NCBI RefSeq assembly: GCF_052425735.1
Contig: NC_135761.1
Coordinates: 46,066,001 to 46,130,000, forward strand
DNA length: 64,000 nt
Source: Oculina patagonica
Taxonomy: Eukaryota
Direction: 5' to 3'
Numbering within the stretch: position 1 is the first letter of the stretch; every line of letters begins with the position of its first letter. The position numbers and the translations under genes were made by a program. The notes beneath the pieces are model-generated. The model worked only from the letters and a program-made list of their open reading frames with translations. It ran no database searches and had not been told where the DNA came from. Shown here piece after piece: positions 51,782 through 63,874 of this stretch.

Positions 51782-52274
51782 CAGGGGTACCCAACGGAAT
51801 ATTTCGTTAAAATATCTGTTCGGAAGACGATTTGAGATCTAGAATTTTCGGAACATTCATTGTAAATTTTTTTGCTTGCCTGCCTTTCCTAGGATTTTCG
51901 AATATCTAAAAAATGCTATAATTGTTCATTTTTAACGGATTTTTACTCTAAAAACTAGCCTGCGAATACAGCCGCCTCTCATTCGCGTTTCGCTCTTCGT
52001 TGCGGGACGCGAATGAGAGGCGGCTGTATTCGCAGGCTATCTAAAAACGTCACCTAGAATTTTCGGGAGCCCTTCTCTGGCTGGAATTTTTTCGAAAAGG
52101 TAAGTTTTGATCCCTATAACTTTCGGATCACTAGACTTTCAGCTGGGAAATCCGAACAGATAAAAAAATTTTAGGGGATAAAAATATGCCTATATCTACC
52201 GTTTAAATACTAAAATACGTTCAACGGTGCTATCTTTAAGTGGTTTTGAACTATATCCTCGATGGGTGCCCCTG
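51782..52274. mobile_element. hAT-like MITE with 6-bp TSD, containing a nested hairpin element
   Basis: TTTTGG|CAGGGGTACCCAACG ... CGATGGGTGCCCCTG|TTTTGG. Confidence 0.75.
51956..52039. mobile_element. 84-bp perfect hairpin element (33-bp arms) with perfect 9-bp TSD
   Basis: TCTAAAAAC|TAGCCTGCGAATACAGCCGCCTCTCATTCGCGT ... ACGCGAATGAGAGGCGGCTGTATTCGCAGGCTA|TCTAAAAAC. Confidence 0.9.
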
Positions 52275-54779
52275 TTTTGGCCATCCGTAACTTCTTTTGT
52301 ATTTGCTGTGTTATTCAAATATCCCTTCACTGTTTTAAGAAGTTGTTTTTTTATATTTCGCTGAATTTTATACTCATTTCCCATGCCATAATTTGGCTAA
52401 AATCCCCGACACAGTCTTTTTAACGTGCCTCCATCCATGAAAGACGCTGCATGGTTCTCCGCCTCCGCCACCGTCAAATCCGCATGACATTAACGAAGAA
52501 CACACACACACAAAACACGACACGCGCGCGAAGATAAACAACACGTGGAGAAACGTCAAAACATTCAAACCGCGAGTTCGACTGACCTCCCCTTCTGTTA
52601 CCGTGTATCAACCGGCCGGCAATTTTCACCGCATGGCTCTAGGAATTTATAATACTCTGGGTACTGTACAATTTTAGGAGCCTGGCACGGGGAAATATAA
52701 ATATATAGCAATTGTGAAACCTTCCAAGCAACACACGAAAAAAAGGGCACGAATACTCGGCACGAACTTGCACTACAGGCACATTTGTACGGTTAGTTTT
52801 TTTTTTTGTGAACTGAAGTAAAATAGCAGCACCTTGCACTGTGAATTCAATTTATTCCATTTTCAAACGCGCGTCATTTATTTCTCTCGCAATATCCGAT
52901 GGTGTTTAGAAGATTTAATCAAACTAAAGTTGTTTCTAATGGCAAAATGTGCTGATGTTTATGTCTAAACAAGGACCAGCTGGAAAAATCGGCTTATTTA
53001 CCATCCATAAATGGCAGTTTCACATTTAGATCTTCCGAAAAAAGAAAAACACTTTAGCAAATTTACATACGATGTCAAATTTGAATTAAAGAAAATTATT
53101 CCCAGTGATGCGAAGCGATGAAAGGCTTTGTTCGTTGCGTAAGTCGGCGAATAGGAAATAAATCATCTTGCATCAGAGCTATAAGCTGATTTAAACGCGT
53201 AGAAATGCGTAGGAGAATATTTCAATGGATCGTTTACCGGCGCTATTAAGAAATTCAAATATGCCGTAAATTGACAGCCAATTTCGGCTGCTTCTACTTT
53301 TAAACACAGGCCATAAGTGAAGACTGCCACAAAATCTCCAAATAACCACCAACCGACAGGCGAGTGCAAAATACACCTCACGAAACATTGTAACTTTGTT
53401 ACTCACAAAAACACTTGTTTGATACAGTTTTCACGCTGTTCTTCTCATAAACAAAGTCGTAATTTCGATTCTCATTGGCTGCAGTTATAATTTGCGTGTT
53501 ATTTCATATCAAGGCGTTATGCAGACAGGCTATTTATTACCGCATAAAGCAACACAACTCGATTTAATCGCCACATTAATTTCACGCACCCGAATTGCGT
53601 GTTTCAAAGTGAGCATAAAATTCTGCCTAGGATTTAATTCAAACCCTACAGATTCGGCAACACACGGGTTAGCAAATGGGAAGCCACAATTAAACTCTAC
53701 TTTGTTTTTTAGCGGGCTTTTAAATATAAAGTGTTTTCTCTTTATCGAGACATAAAAATGTCATTATTTCGGCAAAAAGGCAAACTGCAACATGAAAACG
53801 CCATTTAATTGAATTATACGGGGGAGGGGGGATAAAAATACTGCGAGCATTACGAAAATACCTACAAAATAGCGGCAAAATTAAGTTTTACGTTGCTACT
53901 CGAAAAGAAGAAATCGAAAAAAGTCGCAATTAGGTTTTAACTAGAACAAAATATTTAACTGAGAACTTTTAAACAAGAGATCCTTTCGACGTTTTGTCGA
54001 GCAATAGAACCACCCGAACAAGCGACAAAACACTGGTCCTTTCTTGTTGCTATCTGAGCAGGCATTTAAATGCAGCTGGACAAAACCACGTGTTTGAAAA
54101 CTGTAGCAAAATAAAAGTACTATCTTTAAAAAAATGCGCCTGGATTTTTCGAAAAACGGGGGAAACAGGAGTCGAAAAAACGCACAAGAAACACAGGTTT
54201 GCTTTATTACGCAGATTTTAAAGTGATTTCGTAGCGTTTTCGCCACGGACTAAGCGATTGGAAATAACAGCAAAACAGCTGTACTGACATATATGTAGAT
54301 CCACTAGCAAATTCGACCACGGAGTGAAAGGAGAGCTTATGAAAGTTTAATTTTAGCAAGCAATTTGCTCGGGTTATTCCTATGTTAATGTTTTTTCTTC
54401 TCGGAATTGAAAGGCTAAAAGCTATGGAAACGAAAGTTCGTTCATGTCAATGTGTCGAATTGAATACAAAACTGGAAGTGTTTTTCTGGCCTCTAGGTAA
54501 CGTTGCAGTACTGAATGGAATTCTCAACACAGCCACCACATTTCTCTTTCAATTTTTTTCAACGATCTTATCTCGTCAAAAATCCGCACAAAGCCATCGA
54601 CTTCTTAAAGTAACGCAATGTTATCGCGACGGAAAAAGATGCTAAATTTGCGCTTTACTTCTGCGAAGCGTTTCTCAAAATTTCGAAACACAGAGAAAAA
54701 CCGCCAAGAAACGAGAAAAAAAAATTTACACTAAACTTCATTAACTGCCGTACCAGTAGTTCGGTAGTGTGATGTCCTC

Positions 54780-54870
54780 GATGCTGATTGGTCGAGGCGC
54801 AGGGACATTTAATTGTTAACCGGGCGAACTCGCACTGTGATTGGTCAAAAACAGTTGTGTTTATAATCCA
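54780..54870 (+). promoter_or_regulatory. Putative promoter of the HLH gene
   Basis: Two inverted CCAAT boxes (TGATTGGTC at about 54786 and 54838) and TTATAA at about 54861; probable non-coding first exon ending at the GAG|GTAAAT donor at 55036. Confidence 0.45.
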
Positions 54871-55193
54871 TTGTCTCACCGGCCGTTACAGGTGAATTGT
54901 GCTATTGTAATGTTGGTAATTTATAGTTAGCGCCAGAAAGGAAGGCCTTTCACTCATTCGCTTGTAAGTGAAACAACGGCCGCACTAGAACTACGCTACG
55001 GGGCTTGAAAAAATATCACCGACGAATTTCAAGAGGTAAATATCTGTTTTATTTGCGACATTCGCTACGTGAACAATTCACGTTCCAAGCGTAAATGCGT
55101 GTAATAGCTGTCGAATTCTCGGTTAGCCGGTAAAGCTTATATTTACGTCTGCTTATTTTGTAGCACTACGCACAGTCCTGCAGATTTCGTACA

Positions 55194-56617
55194 ATGTTCA
55201 GCACCGAGAGCAACGAAGAGAAACAACTCCAGGACTCTAGAAGTCGCGAGATTAAAAAATGCGTTCGAAACTACAAGAAGCAGATGAAGTCGTTGGAATA
55301 TTCCCGGCTACGATCGCTGGTTCCATCCACAGCTTCAAAGCCGCGTGTTTCTAAGGTACGATACTTTAAAGCGAGTCACTGATTGCCGGCGACTAGGACT
55401 TAGAAAAATTCCAAAAGGTAACCCACTGAATTCTTGTGTCTTTCAGATCGAAGTCATCGAAGAAGCAATAAAATACATCGCATATCTTCAGGCCACACTC
55501 AGCTCGCGTTTCGAAGAAAACAACGAAAGTAAGCACGAAACTGAAAAATTGCCGGAACTCCAGCGCACTGAATTGAGCGCACATTTTTAACTTAAGTAAT
55601 TTTTTTTCTCTCTCGCAGACAACAGCGGCGAAGGAGCAGGGGAGCAGACAGATAGCGAGAGACGACCAAAAGTTCTCAGGCAAAAAAGACAGCGTTTAGC
55701 TTCATATATGATTAAAACCCAGAGACACACTCTTCCAGCGCGCCGAAAATTTTCAAGTAAGTCTGCAGAAATCTGTGTTTTTCTTTTCACTGTTTGAGAA
55801 GTTTAAACCTGGATGGTTTGCGCGTGGTTCAATCGAGTCTAGGACGCGGGTTTCCGCGTTAGAAAGTGAAAATTTCGAGGAGAAAAATCGGTTGAATCGT
55901 TTTCTTCATCCGGTAGTTGGGTTGAAAATTTGCAGCTGCACTTTAAAAAACAACATATGTCTCTTTTAGGCTCTCTGCACCTGGCTTCTGGTGCAAAATA
56001 AAGTTTCCTTGCGCTGGAGATAAACCACCCTCCAAACACTCCGAAATGGCTATGAGCCTAAAAGCTAGCTTAAATTCTCCGCTCTGAGAGGTTTACGAGC
56101 AATTTCTTTGAAATCCGAAGAACATTTAGCCATGGTGAACCCCGTCTCTAAGTAACCATTTCTGGCCAAGGACGTATTTCGACCCTCGAACATGGAAATA
56201 AATATTCCAATATTATATTATAACCTTTCAACTTATTAAAATAAAATCTACAATTTACATATCACTCCTCGAGGAAATTAAGGGTTTATTTTGAAAATCT
56301 GTTCTCTCGTTGTTGCAGTTTTAGAAAAAAAAGTTCTTTTTAATACACGTGAGAGGGTTCTTCAAGGGTTATCAAGTTTGCCAATGAGATGAAAAGGAGA
56401 ATAATGCAATTAGGCATTCAGATAGCACCCTGGGAAAATTTAGAGAGTACAAAATATTAATACTCTCATTTATTACACATTATCTCGTATGAAGAGTAAA
56501 CAAGTTCTCGCTATTAAAAATGCGACATCGGAAAGCTTTATCTTTCTAAAATTTCGCTTTCTTTTAATACTTGCAGGACGAAAGAACACAGAGAGCGAAG
56601 GAGAACAGCCAAGATAG
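55194..56617 (+). CDS. Helix-loop-helix protein, Emc/Id-like with atypical basic region, 4 coding exons, 140 aa
   Basis: Exons 55194-55355, 55447-55528, 55619-55756, 56577-56617 (423 nt, in frame); HLH EYSRLRSLVPSTASKPRVSK|IEVIEEAIKYIAYLQATL. Confidence 0.85.
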
Positions 56618-58104
56618 ATGAGAAGAATTCGCACATGATCGCACCGAAAAATTAACGTCCCAGGGAAAAAAATGAAGAACTAAGTTATAAGCCTGCAAGT
56701 TCAGCTGTGATCGACAAATTTTCAAGCTCAGTCGTTCGCTAGGACGATGCTGTCCCGGTTGATTTAAAGTTTAATATTAGAGTTTACGTAAAAAAGCCAG
56801 TCAAATTCAAATATATCTGCAAATGAAGTCACTGAACTGTAAAGGAGTGCGCGCGTGCTTGAGTGTGTGCGAGAGAGAAACGAATAAAAAAGAAAAGAAA
56901 TATTTTGTTAAAACTTAAGCTAGCTGCAAGACATTAACAAGGTTTGTAAATATCTAAAACTGCTACCAGCCTTTTAAAACTTCCTTTTTAGAATGCAAAT
57001 CCGGCTAAAGCTCTCTTTCACTTGCAATGTGGTTTTTCAGATCGGCTTTGAAAAGGAGCTTTTTACGAAAATGAAACATGCGAACACGTGTTCTTAAAAG
57101 AAAAAGAGGCAAGTTTTGAAATTAAATCAAAGCTATCTTGCTCAGAAACCGGTATCTTGAATCACGAAAGTGATTTAGTCAAACAAACGGAGCTTTCCGC
57201 TCAATAATTCATTCACAAAAATCTGCTATCTTGCTTTTTTTTAAAGGTTCGATACACTTTTCAAAGTCGATCACTTCCTTAAGGAACCTGAAAGCGGGCG
57301 TTTCGTTTTAATTCCTTTCTCTTTCCAGAAGGAAGTTTCACCGATGCATTAAATCGCAAATTAGCTGAAAATTTTAGTTCCAGTCGTAATTGCTCGAAAA
57401 AAAGGAAGAGGGCGGGATAATTAAACGCTTTTTAACAAAGCAGTTAGAAAATTAAACAATGAATACTGAGAAGGAAGTTTAGACCGATTTTTCTTGACTG
57501 CAACTGAAGCGGAACAGAAAATGCTGAAAGGGAAGAGAATTGTGCTTGCATTTAAAATAAAAGGCGAATAAACTTTCAAAATATGGACAAAAGTGTGTTG
57601 AGTGTTAAATTCCAAAAATTGAAGTTAATCCATCATGTTAAACTTTCACTTATATCCTGTTTCGCTTTGTTCTCTATTATAATTTCCACCCAGACTAAAA
57701 ATTCTTTTTCGCTTATTACGTTTTCCAGCTTTTCTATATGCTTTCTCTTCAAACAGTTTCTTTCATTTGCACTTATCTGTCTTATATTTCCCTTTTCTAG
57801 TTGACGTCTATATCCGCGTTCCCTACTGGTCTAGGTTCTTTTAAACCTTTTAGCTCCCAAAAGTGCCTGAATTTGAAAACATAAAACTGAAATTAATAAT
57901 CCCAGCTACCGAAAACCAATACCACCACATGAAAGAAGTGCTTAATGGCTATCAGTTGAATGGTCACACATTAAAGTTAGAACCACATTGTTCAGTATAA
58001 TAAACAGTATCACATGAAAGTACTGCTCAATAGCTTTCATTTGAATGGTCGCGCACTAGGGTTTCAACCGCAGACTTCAAAGTTAGAACTACATTAACTG
58101 ACCC

Positions 58105-58390
58105 GACACAAAAGCACGCAGAAAACGAAACGAATCGCACTCTTGCAAACGCAACACGGACGCGGAGCGCTCACGGAAAAGGCACGACGCTGCTAAAAAA
58201 CGCAGACAGCACGCGTTTTGCAACTTGAAGTCAGAACTATATTTATTGGCCCCACACAAATGCACGCAGAAAACGAAACGAATCACACACTTGCAAACGC
58301 AAAAAAAGAAACAATAACAAACAAACGCGGAGTGTTCACGGAAAACGCACGACGCTGCTGAAAAGCGCAGACAGCACGCGTTTTGCACAC
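58105..58390. repeat. Imperfect direct duplication (about 120-135 bp units)
   Basis: GCACGCAGAAAACGAAACGAATC...GCAGACAGCACGCGTTTTGCA occurs twice. Confidence 0.7.
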
Positions 58391-58450
58391 GCACTGTCAA
58401 CTACACGAGTTTAAAAACGGAAAGTACTGAAACGCTTTCGACCTGCAATG

Positions 58451-58477
58451 TAGCCTGTTCCAGGCGTTAACAGGCTA
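58451..58477. mobile_element. 27-bp minimal TAGCCTG...CAGGCTA element with perfect 9-bp TSD
   Basis: CCTGCAATG|TAGCCTGTTCCAGGCGTTAACAGGCTA|CCTGCAATG. Confidence 0.8.
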
Positions 58478-58809
58478 CCTGCAATGTATCGATCGAGTAC
58501 AAAACACACACAATTGAACATTCGGTCCTTGATCGAAATTTTATTCCATAGGAGATACTTCAGTTTCTAGAAGCACTTCTTATAGAAGCTTATACTATTT
58601 GTTTTAACAACTGAAGGGCAATAAAAAGTCAATAACGTCATAAAGCCCATCAAATGTAGTCTAGGAGTTCGACTCCGTTCTTTACAACCAATCAAAAGAC
58701 TGAATTCAGAATCGGACTCACGTGTCCACCAATCACGTGCGCGTCGCGTGCTTCTGATTCATAACCAGACTTCCTCGGCCATCACCAACAACCAGGTCCC
58801 AGTTTTCAC

Positions 58810-61800
58810 TCACTTGAATCGCTGAACAATGACGGCATTTAAAAGGTTTGCTTCAGATAGTGTCTTGGTCTCATCTGTTAGTTCCTTGTTTGGAAACGTT
58901 GTCAAAAGAACAAAGTTCACTCCCGCCATCTGTGGCCTTGAGCTGTATGTTCAACATGCTTAGTCAAGGTAAATAAGTGAAATATCTACTGCAAGACAAG
59001 GCTAGAACAAGTTATAAAACGTCAAACAGCTTTAAGTGACGTAAGCTAAAAGTACAGAGCATTTTCACATGACCTCACGGCGGTATTAATGGCGTTCTAC
59101 ACAATGACATTTCTCTTGTTCGGGAAATTAAATGAGTTCTTTTCTTATGTTAACATTTCTTGTTGATTTGTAACGCCAAAAAGGCCGCTTTTAAAACGCT
59201 CTATTGTAGTAACTAATTCTTCATTTTAAACGGTTTTGTAATAAAACAGTTTAAAAGGTCTGAAAGATCACGAGTTTTGCAGCTTGCACCCGAGATAGGC
59301 TCGCTTCTGTATTCAATCCTATTGTCATGAAAATATTAAAAGGTGTAAGTATAAGCGGCTTAGTGTAGCCAGCTCTAGTAAGCTCGTAATTCTACTGGTC
59401 CTGTAGTTTAGCAGTTGCTATTGTTTCTGGGGCTAGAGGGCGAAGGATAGCAAGCCATTCACGTGACACCCTTGTGAGAGCTGCTACCTGACCCATGTGA
59501 AAAGGGTTACCGTAAAATTCCGGTTTATAAGCCTCCCCCCGGTTATAGGCCCATCATCCTGGAATACAAAAAAAATACATCCGGTTATAAGCCCCCCAAG
59601 CGCCCCCCCCGGATATAAGCCCCCCTTTACCGGATGACTGTACTGAACAGGGCTAAATGTTGCTTTTTTGTGCGTTTTTAACTTCGATCAACAATCCCGA
59701 GGCTCGTTTCGAAATTCGTTTTTTTCCTTCCGCTTATAAGCCCTCAGCCCGAATATAAGCCCCTCCGCTTATAAGCCCACCCAAAAACCCTTACGAAGTT
59801 GTGGGGATAAGCCCAGGGCTTATAACCGGAATTCTACGGTATTCATTTGCACTCGTTTTAATCTCCCGCATTCTTAACTCTTTACTTCCTAAGAATGATT
59901 AAAATCAGATTTCTACTTAAGATATTAGAATACCATCAAGCAGACAGGCGAATTGAAAACAAAAATCATTAACTTGGGGATACTGTCCAAAGAAATGTGC
60001 GGCAGTCAGATAGGTGAAGTAGTTTTTCGAGCTAGGAGTTAAAAGATATTACTTATTTTTTTGGTCAAAGGATACGCACAGATAAATCGTCGAATATCTC
60101 CAACTGTATGCGAGTGGTTGAATTTGGAAACCATGCTGCAAAACGAATGACATATTAGTTACACACGGATTGGCGGATTGAAAAATGAGCGTTACCAAGA
60201 TTGCGTCTGTTGTTAGTCACGCAACAGGTCTTGACGCGGGGAGTATTGCGTGACTAGTGAAAGTTCACTCTACAAGCAAGCGTTACCCTGAATACAGCGA
60301 TATCTTCACGCTGCCAATGTCAAATTTTCTTTGTAGCACACTACGCAATTTAGTTCGTTTCTGACTGGGAAAAGGCGTAAACTAACCCTTTGAATTACTA
60401 GATTTAGAGAGTCAGCTCTAGCTGGTTTTCTTGCGGGTGAGGCTCCTCTATCCAGATCGAACTGGAATTTGGAAGTGTTGATTAAAAACGCCATTTTGAA
60501 TCCACGGAAACGTTTTCTTGACTGTAAGGTTGCAAAATTAAAACTAAATTGGAAGAACTTCTTCAATGCACGGAATTTACAGACAATTTCTTATGACTTA
60601 ATTTAATTACGAGCGTTTATTTTTGGCTAGTGCTTGATGAAAGACCAACTTTTATGCCCCTAGCCATGGTCTCCGAGTTTATGATCTCTCAGCGTAGTAT
60701 TTAAACTATCCCTATATATTAAATAATAAAGATGGTAAATTATAAGCTCGGTAATAAATAATGAAGATGAAGTATTCAACATGACACGAGCATGGGAAAA
60801 GAAAAATTGAGTCCCCGACGGGAATCGAACCCATGGCCTCCCAGATACCGGTTGGGCGCCTAACCAACTGAGCACGAAAGACTCGTACTGCCATTTACTA
60901 GGATAGTGACCGCGTCCTGCAACTGCTAGGATCAGCAATTCGAACAAAGGTATAAAAAAAGAGGTAAAGCCGGTAAAAAAAGAGAGAGTAAGAAGGGGGA
61001 GCGGTCGAGGGAGAACCCGGCCTCCCAGATACCGGTTGGGCGCTCTAACCAACTGAGCTACGAGAGACTCGTGGCCCTATATATTTACCCATGTGAGAAT
61101 CAAACTAAAAAAAAATGCCGACCAACCGTGTTCCATCAGCCAGTCGAATCTGTATGTTGGTCACAGGCTGTGATTGGTCCAGAGGAGTCGCTGGTTCTGA
61201 TCGCTTACTGGCGGCTGACGAAGCTTGTTGGTCTGTTGAGTGACTGAACTTCACTGGAGGAGCTGGACTAAAGAATACAACAAAAGAAATAGTTATTTGA
61301 GTCCAAAATCTGTTATCTCAGTTATTCAACAATTTAGTCTCAAAACGGGGAGGTATTGTTTTTGTGTGCACAACTTCCGGTAGAGGGGCTTCTCTCTTTT
61401 TCCATCGCGTGGCCGTCTCGTGCCTTTCGCGTTTCAGAATCGCGCGCTACGCAGGCGCCGGCTACGCACGATACGGGAATTAATAAAAACGAACGAACGA
61501 ACGAACGAAGCAAAGCAAAGGAACGAACGAGACGAAGTTAGACCTCTATTAAAAGTGAACGAATAAATCAATGAATGCACGAACCGATGAAAAAACGAAT
61601 AAAGACAAGAAAAAAGGAAGGAAGAGAGAAAGGACATTAGAAGCAAATGAACAGAAGAAGGAATGATCCATGAACAGACGGAAGGACGAACGAACGAGAA
61701 AACGAAAGAATCCTTTATATGGTGCCGTTTCTAATTTAGCTTAATGTTAAGAGTGAGCGTGCTTGTTAGCTTGTTAAAGACAAGTCAGACTTGTGATTTA

Positions 61801-63429
61801 AAACTTGCTTATACTGAGAGCTTTGATGTTAAAACAAACCAACCTTCCTAATTTGTGCCCTGCACCAGAAAATGCCTGGATTTTGGGTTTAGGTGGAGGG
61901 ACGTATTCTTCATGCCTGTGATCCTCCATATTAACATGAACCTCTCCTCTCCGCGACAGTCTTAATAGCTCTTGTGGAATTTCCCTACAGAGAGAAAAAG
62001 TAAATGAAAAGTGTATATACAGAATACCCGGTACATTTGCATCTAATTTTTGCATTAAGACTTTATCTTGAAGGGGTCGCGGTGGTGGCGCAGGCAGAGG
62101 GTGACAGGGCGCAAACAGTCAACTCTCACAGAAGAAGACATTAGATATTGAACTGATTGAGTGATTAAATATTTCAATTACTAATTTATACCTTGAATTC
62201 TTAATGATCCTCATTTTCTTTAATTTCCTTCTAATCCAATAACATCCTTCCATTTCTTACCAGCATTCCAAAAATAAATTGAAATGTCAAAAGTTGTGGG
62301 ACCCTCCAAGGGTGGATAATGCTGTCCATGGGAAAGTTTTTTTCCAGTGGATAGTCACTATGTCTGATAGTGTAGTTGATTTTGCAAGACTTGTCCACTG
62401 TACAGTGAGTCACTCCTTATTTATAACACCACCCCCTCCCCCCCAACCCAGAGCCGCGAGGCCCTGCGAGTCACGTATTACTAGTTAATCCACTATTTAA
62501 AAAAATTTAGTGGCTTGGTTGCTTGAGAAACAGCACTAAAATTTTAGTTCAGAGCTTGTATAAGATCAAAAAAGGGGCATCAAAAAGGAAATCTTCGAGC
62601 CATGTGGCCCATACTGCAGGAGCTTAACCCGGTTTCTGTAGCATTAAGTGGCTATGAATATTTCTACTCCCCCTGAATGGGATGCTAGTCCATCACAGGG
62701 TACCCCCTCCAGCATTATTTCGCTGGTACCCATTTATACACCTGGGTGGAGAGGGTACTATGAGAGAAAAGTGTCTTGCCCAAGAACACGACACAGTGCC
62801 CCCGGCCAGGGGTAAACCCAGACCGCTCTAATCAGAGTCTCGCATGCTAACCATTAGGTCACTGCGCCTCCTTAGCATAACCCAACAATATTTGTAATGT
62901 TTCCTACCCTCGTTTGACAGAATTCAGAAATTGTTCATTTGCCGGATCATCCATACTCCTCAAAGGACCATCATCAACAGAAAAGCCATTGGACCAGAAC
63001 TTTAAAGCAACTTCTGTCTGGCAAGAGAATTTAACACCACAAAGCAAATTTAAGTGTATTGACAATGAATCAAAACATTGAAATTAAAGTTATTATTTTA
63101 TTATAAATTTATGCCACAAGATCTCAATCAGCTTTCTTACTGAATACTCTATAGTGCTAAAGCTATAAATTACTCTATAATTTTTCCAGACTTCATGTAA
63201 GTGCTGTTTTAGTGGCAAAGGATTACTTCCAAATTAATTTTGCCATGTGGGTTTGTGGGCATTTTGCCAAGCAATCTCAGATAAAAATTGCCGGCAGGGT
63301 GGTCACAAAAATTCAACAGTTGATCATCAAGTTATCTTACTGTTTCTTGTTGACTGTCGCTATGTCTGCTTGATATTGTTTCTGGAAGCGGTTGTGAACT
63401 TTCAGCCTCAGTGTCCCCAAGGCGATATC
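58810..63429 (-). CDS. NSFL1C: NSFL1 cofactor p47 (SEP-SHP-UBX), last six exons; 5' part lies beyond the window
   Basis: Exons 63429-63341, 63017-62908, 61984-61844, 61267-61127, 60135-60076, 58942-58810, in frame. Motifs [89 protein letters not shown]. Confidence 0.93.
58943..60075 (-). other. U12-type (minor spliceosome) GT-AG intron
   Basis: 5' splice site GTATCCTTT (60075-60067); branch-like TACCTTGAC (58971-58963) about 20 nt from the AG; no polypyrimidine tract. Confidence 0.85.
59510..59839. mobile_element. Tc1/mariner (pogo-like) MITE inside the U12 intron
   Basis: TA|CCGTAAAATTCCGGTT ... AACCGGAATTCTACGG|TA; repeated TATAAGCCC motifs. Confidence 0.8.
60770..61075 (-). mobile_element. 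tRNA-derived SINE-like repeat with two tRNA-like heads
   Basis: GTAGCTCAGTTGGTTAGAGCGCCCAACCGGTATCTGGGAGGCC at about 61062-61019 and a second head with GGTTCGATTCCC at about 60885-60810. Confidence 0.6.
61485..61710 (+). repeat. Degenerate (GAAC/GAAT)n microsatellite
   Basis: AACGAACGAACGAACGAACG followed by diverged purine-rich units. Confidence 0.65.
62590..62872 (-). mobile_element. tRNA-derived SINE, near full length, in an NSFL1C intron
   Basis: Same family as the 16892 and 47150 copies (TATTTCTACTCCCCCTG, GGTACCCATTTATACACC, GTGTCTTGCCCAAGAACAC). Confidence 0.75.
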
Positions 63430-63839
63430 CTACAAGGAAAATGAAATAGAAGGATGGTTAAGTATACATGTGGCCTTATGCACCTACACACATGCACTGG
63501 CAAGAAGAGTGATGATGATGATGATAAAGATGACGATGATGAAACTATAAAGAGTCATGTTTAAACCAAGCTGGGGAACACTGCCCCCACATATCCCAGT
63601 TTCCCTAGCATGAAGACTAACAATATGCTGGTGTCCATTTATACCCAGGTGAAGAAAGATACAGTGAAAGGAAATTAAGTGTCTTGCTCAATAACACAAC
63701 ACAATGTCCCCAGCCAGTATTCAACCCAATGATAAATGGAAAAATAAATTTCCTTGTGCTGCGTGGCACTTGAAAAGTACAAAAGTATAATAAAGTTCTC
63801 ACTAAATGAGTTGAAAGTGCCTTTAAAATAGTTAAAAAA

Positions 63840-63874
63840 TCCAAAGGTTTCGGGCTTTGCTCTTCATCAGTGGA
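63840..63874 (-). ncRNA. Degenerate minimal hammerhead motif (Penelope-like remnant)
   Basis: Minus strand TCCA-CTGATGA-A-GAGC(aaa)GCCC-GAAA-CC-TT-TGGA: intact core and stem I, one mismatch in stem II, non-palindromic loop III. Confidence 0.55.

Noticed and set aside
60810-61072. Two tRNA-like sequences
   Set aside because: A and B boxes are present but no complete cloverleaf could be drawn and they sit in a repeat; treated as SINE heads.
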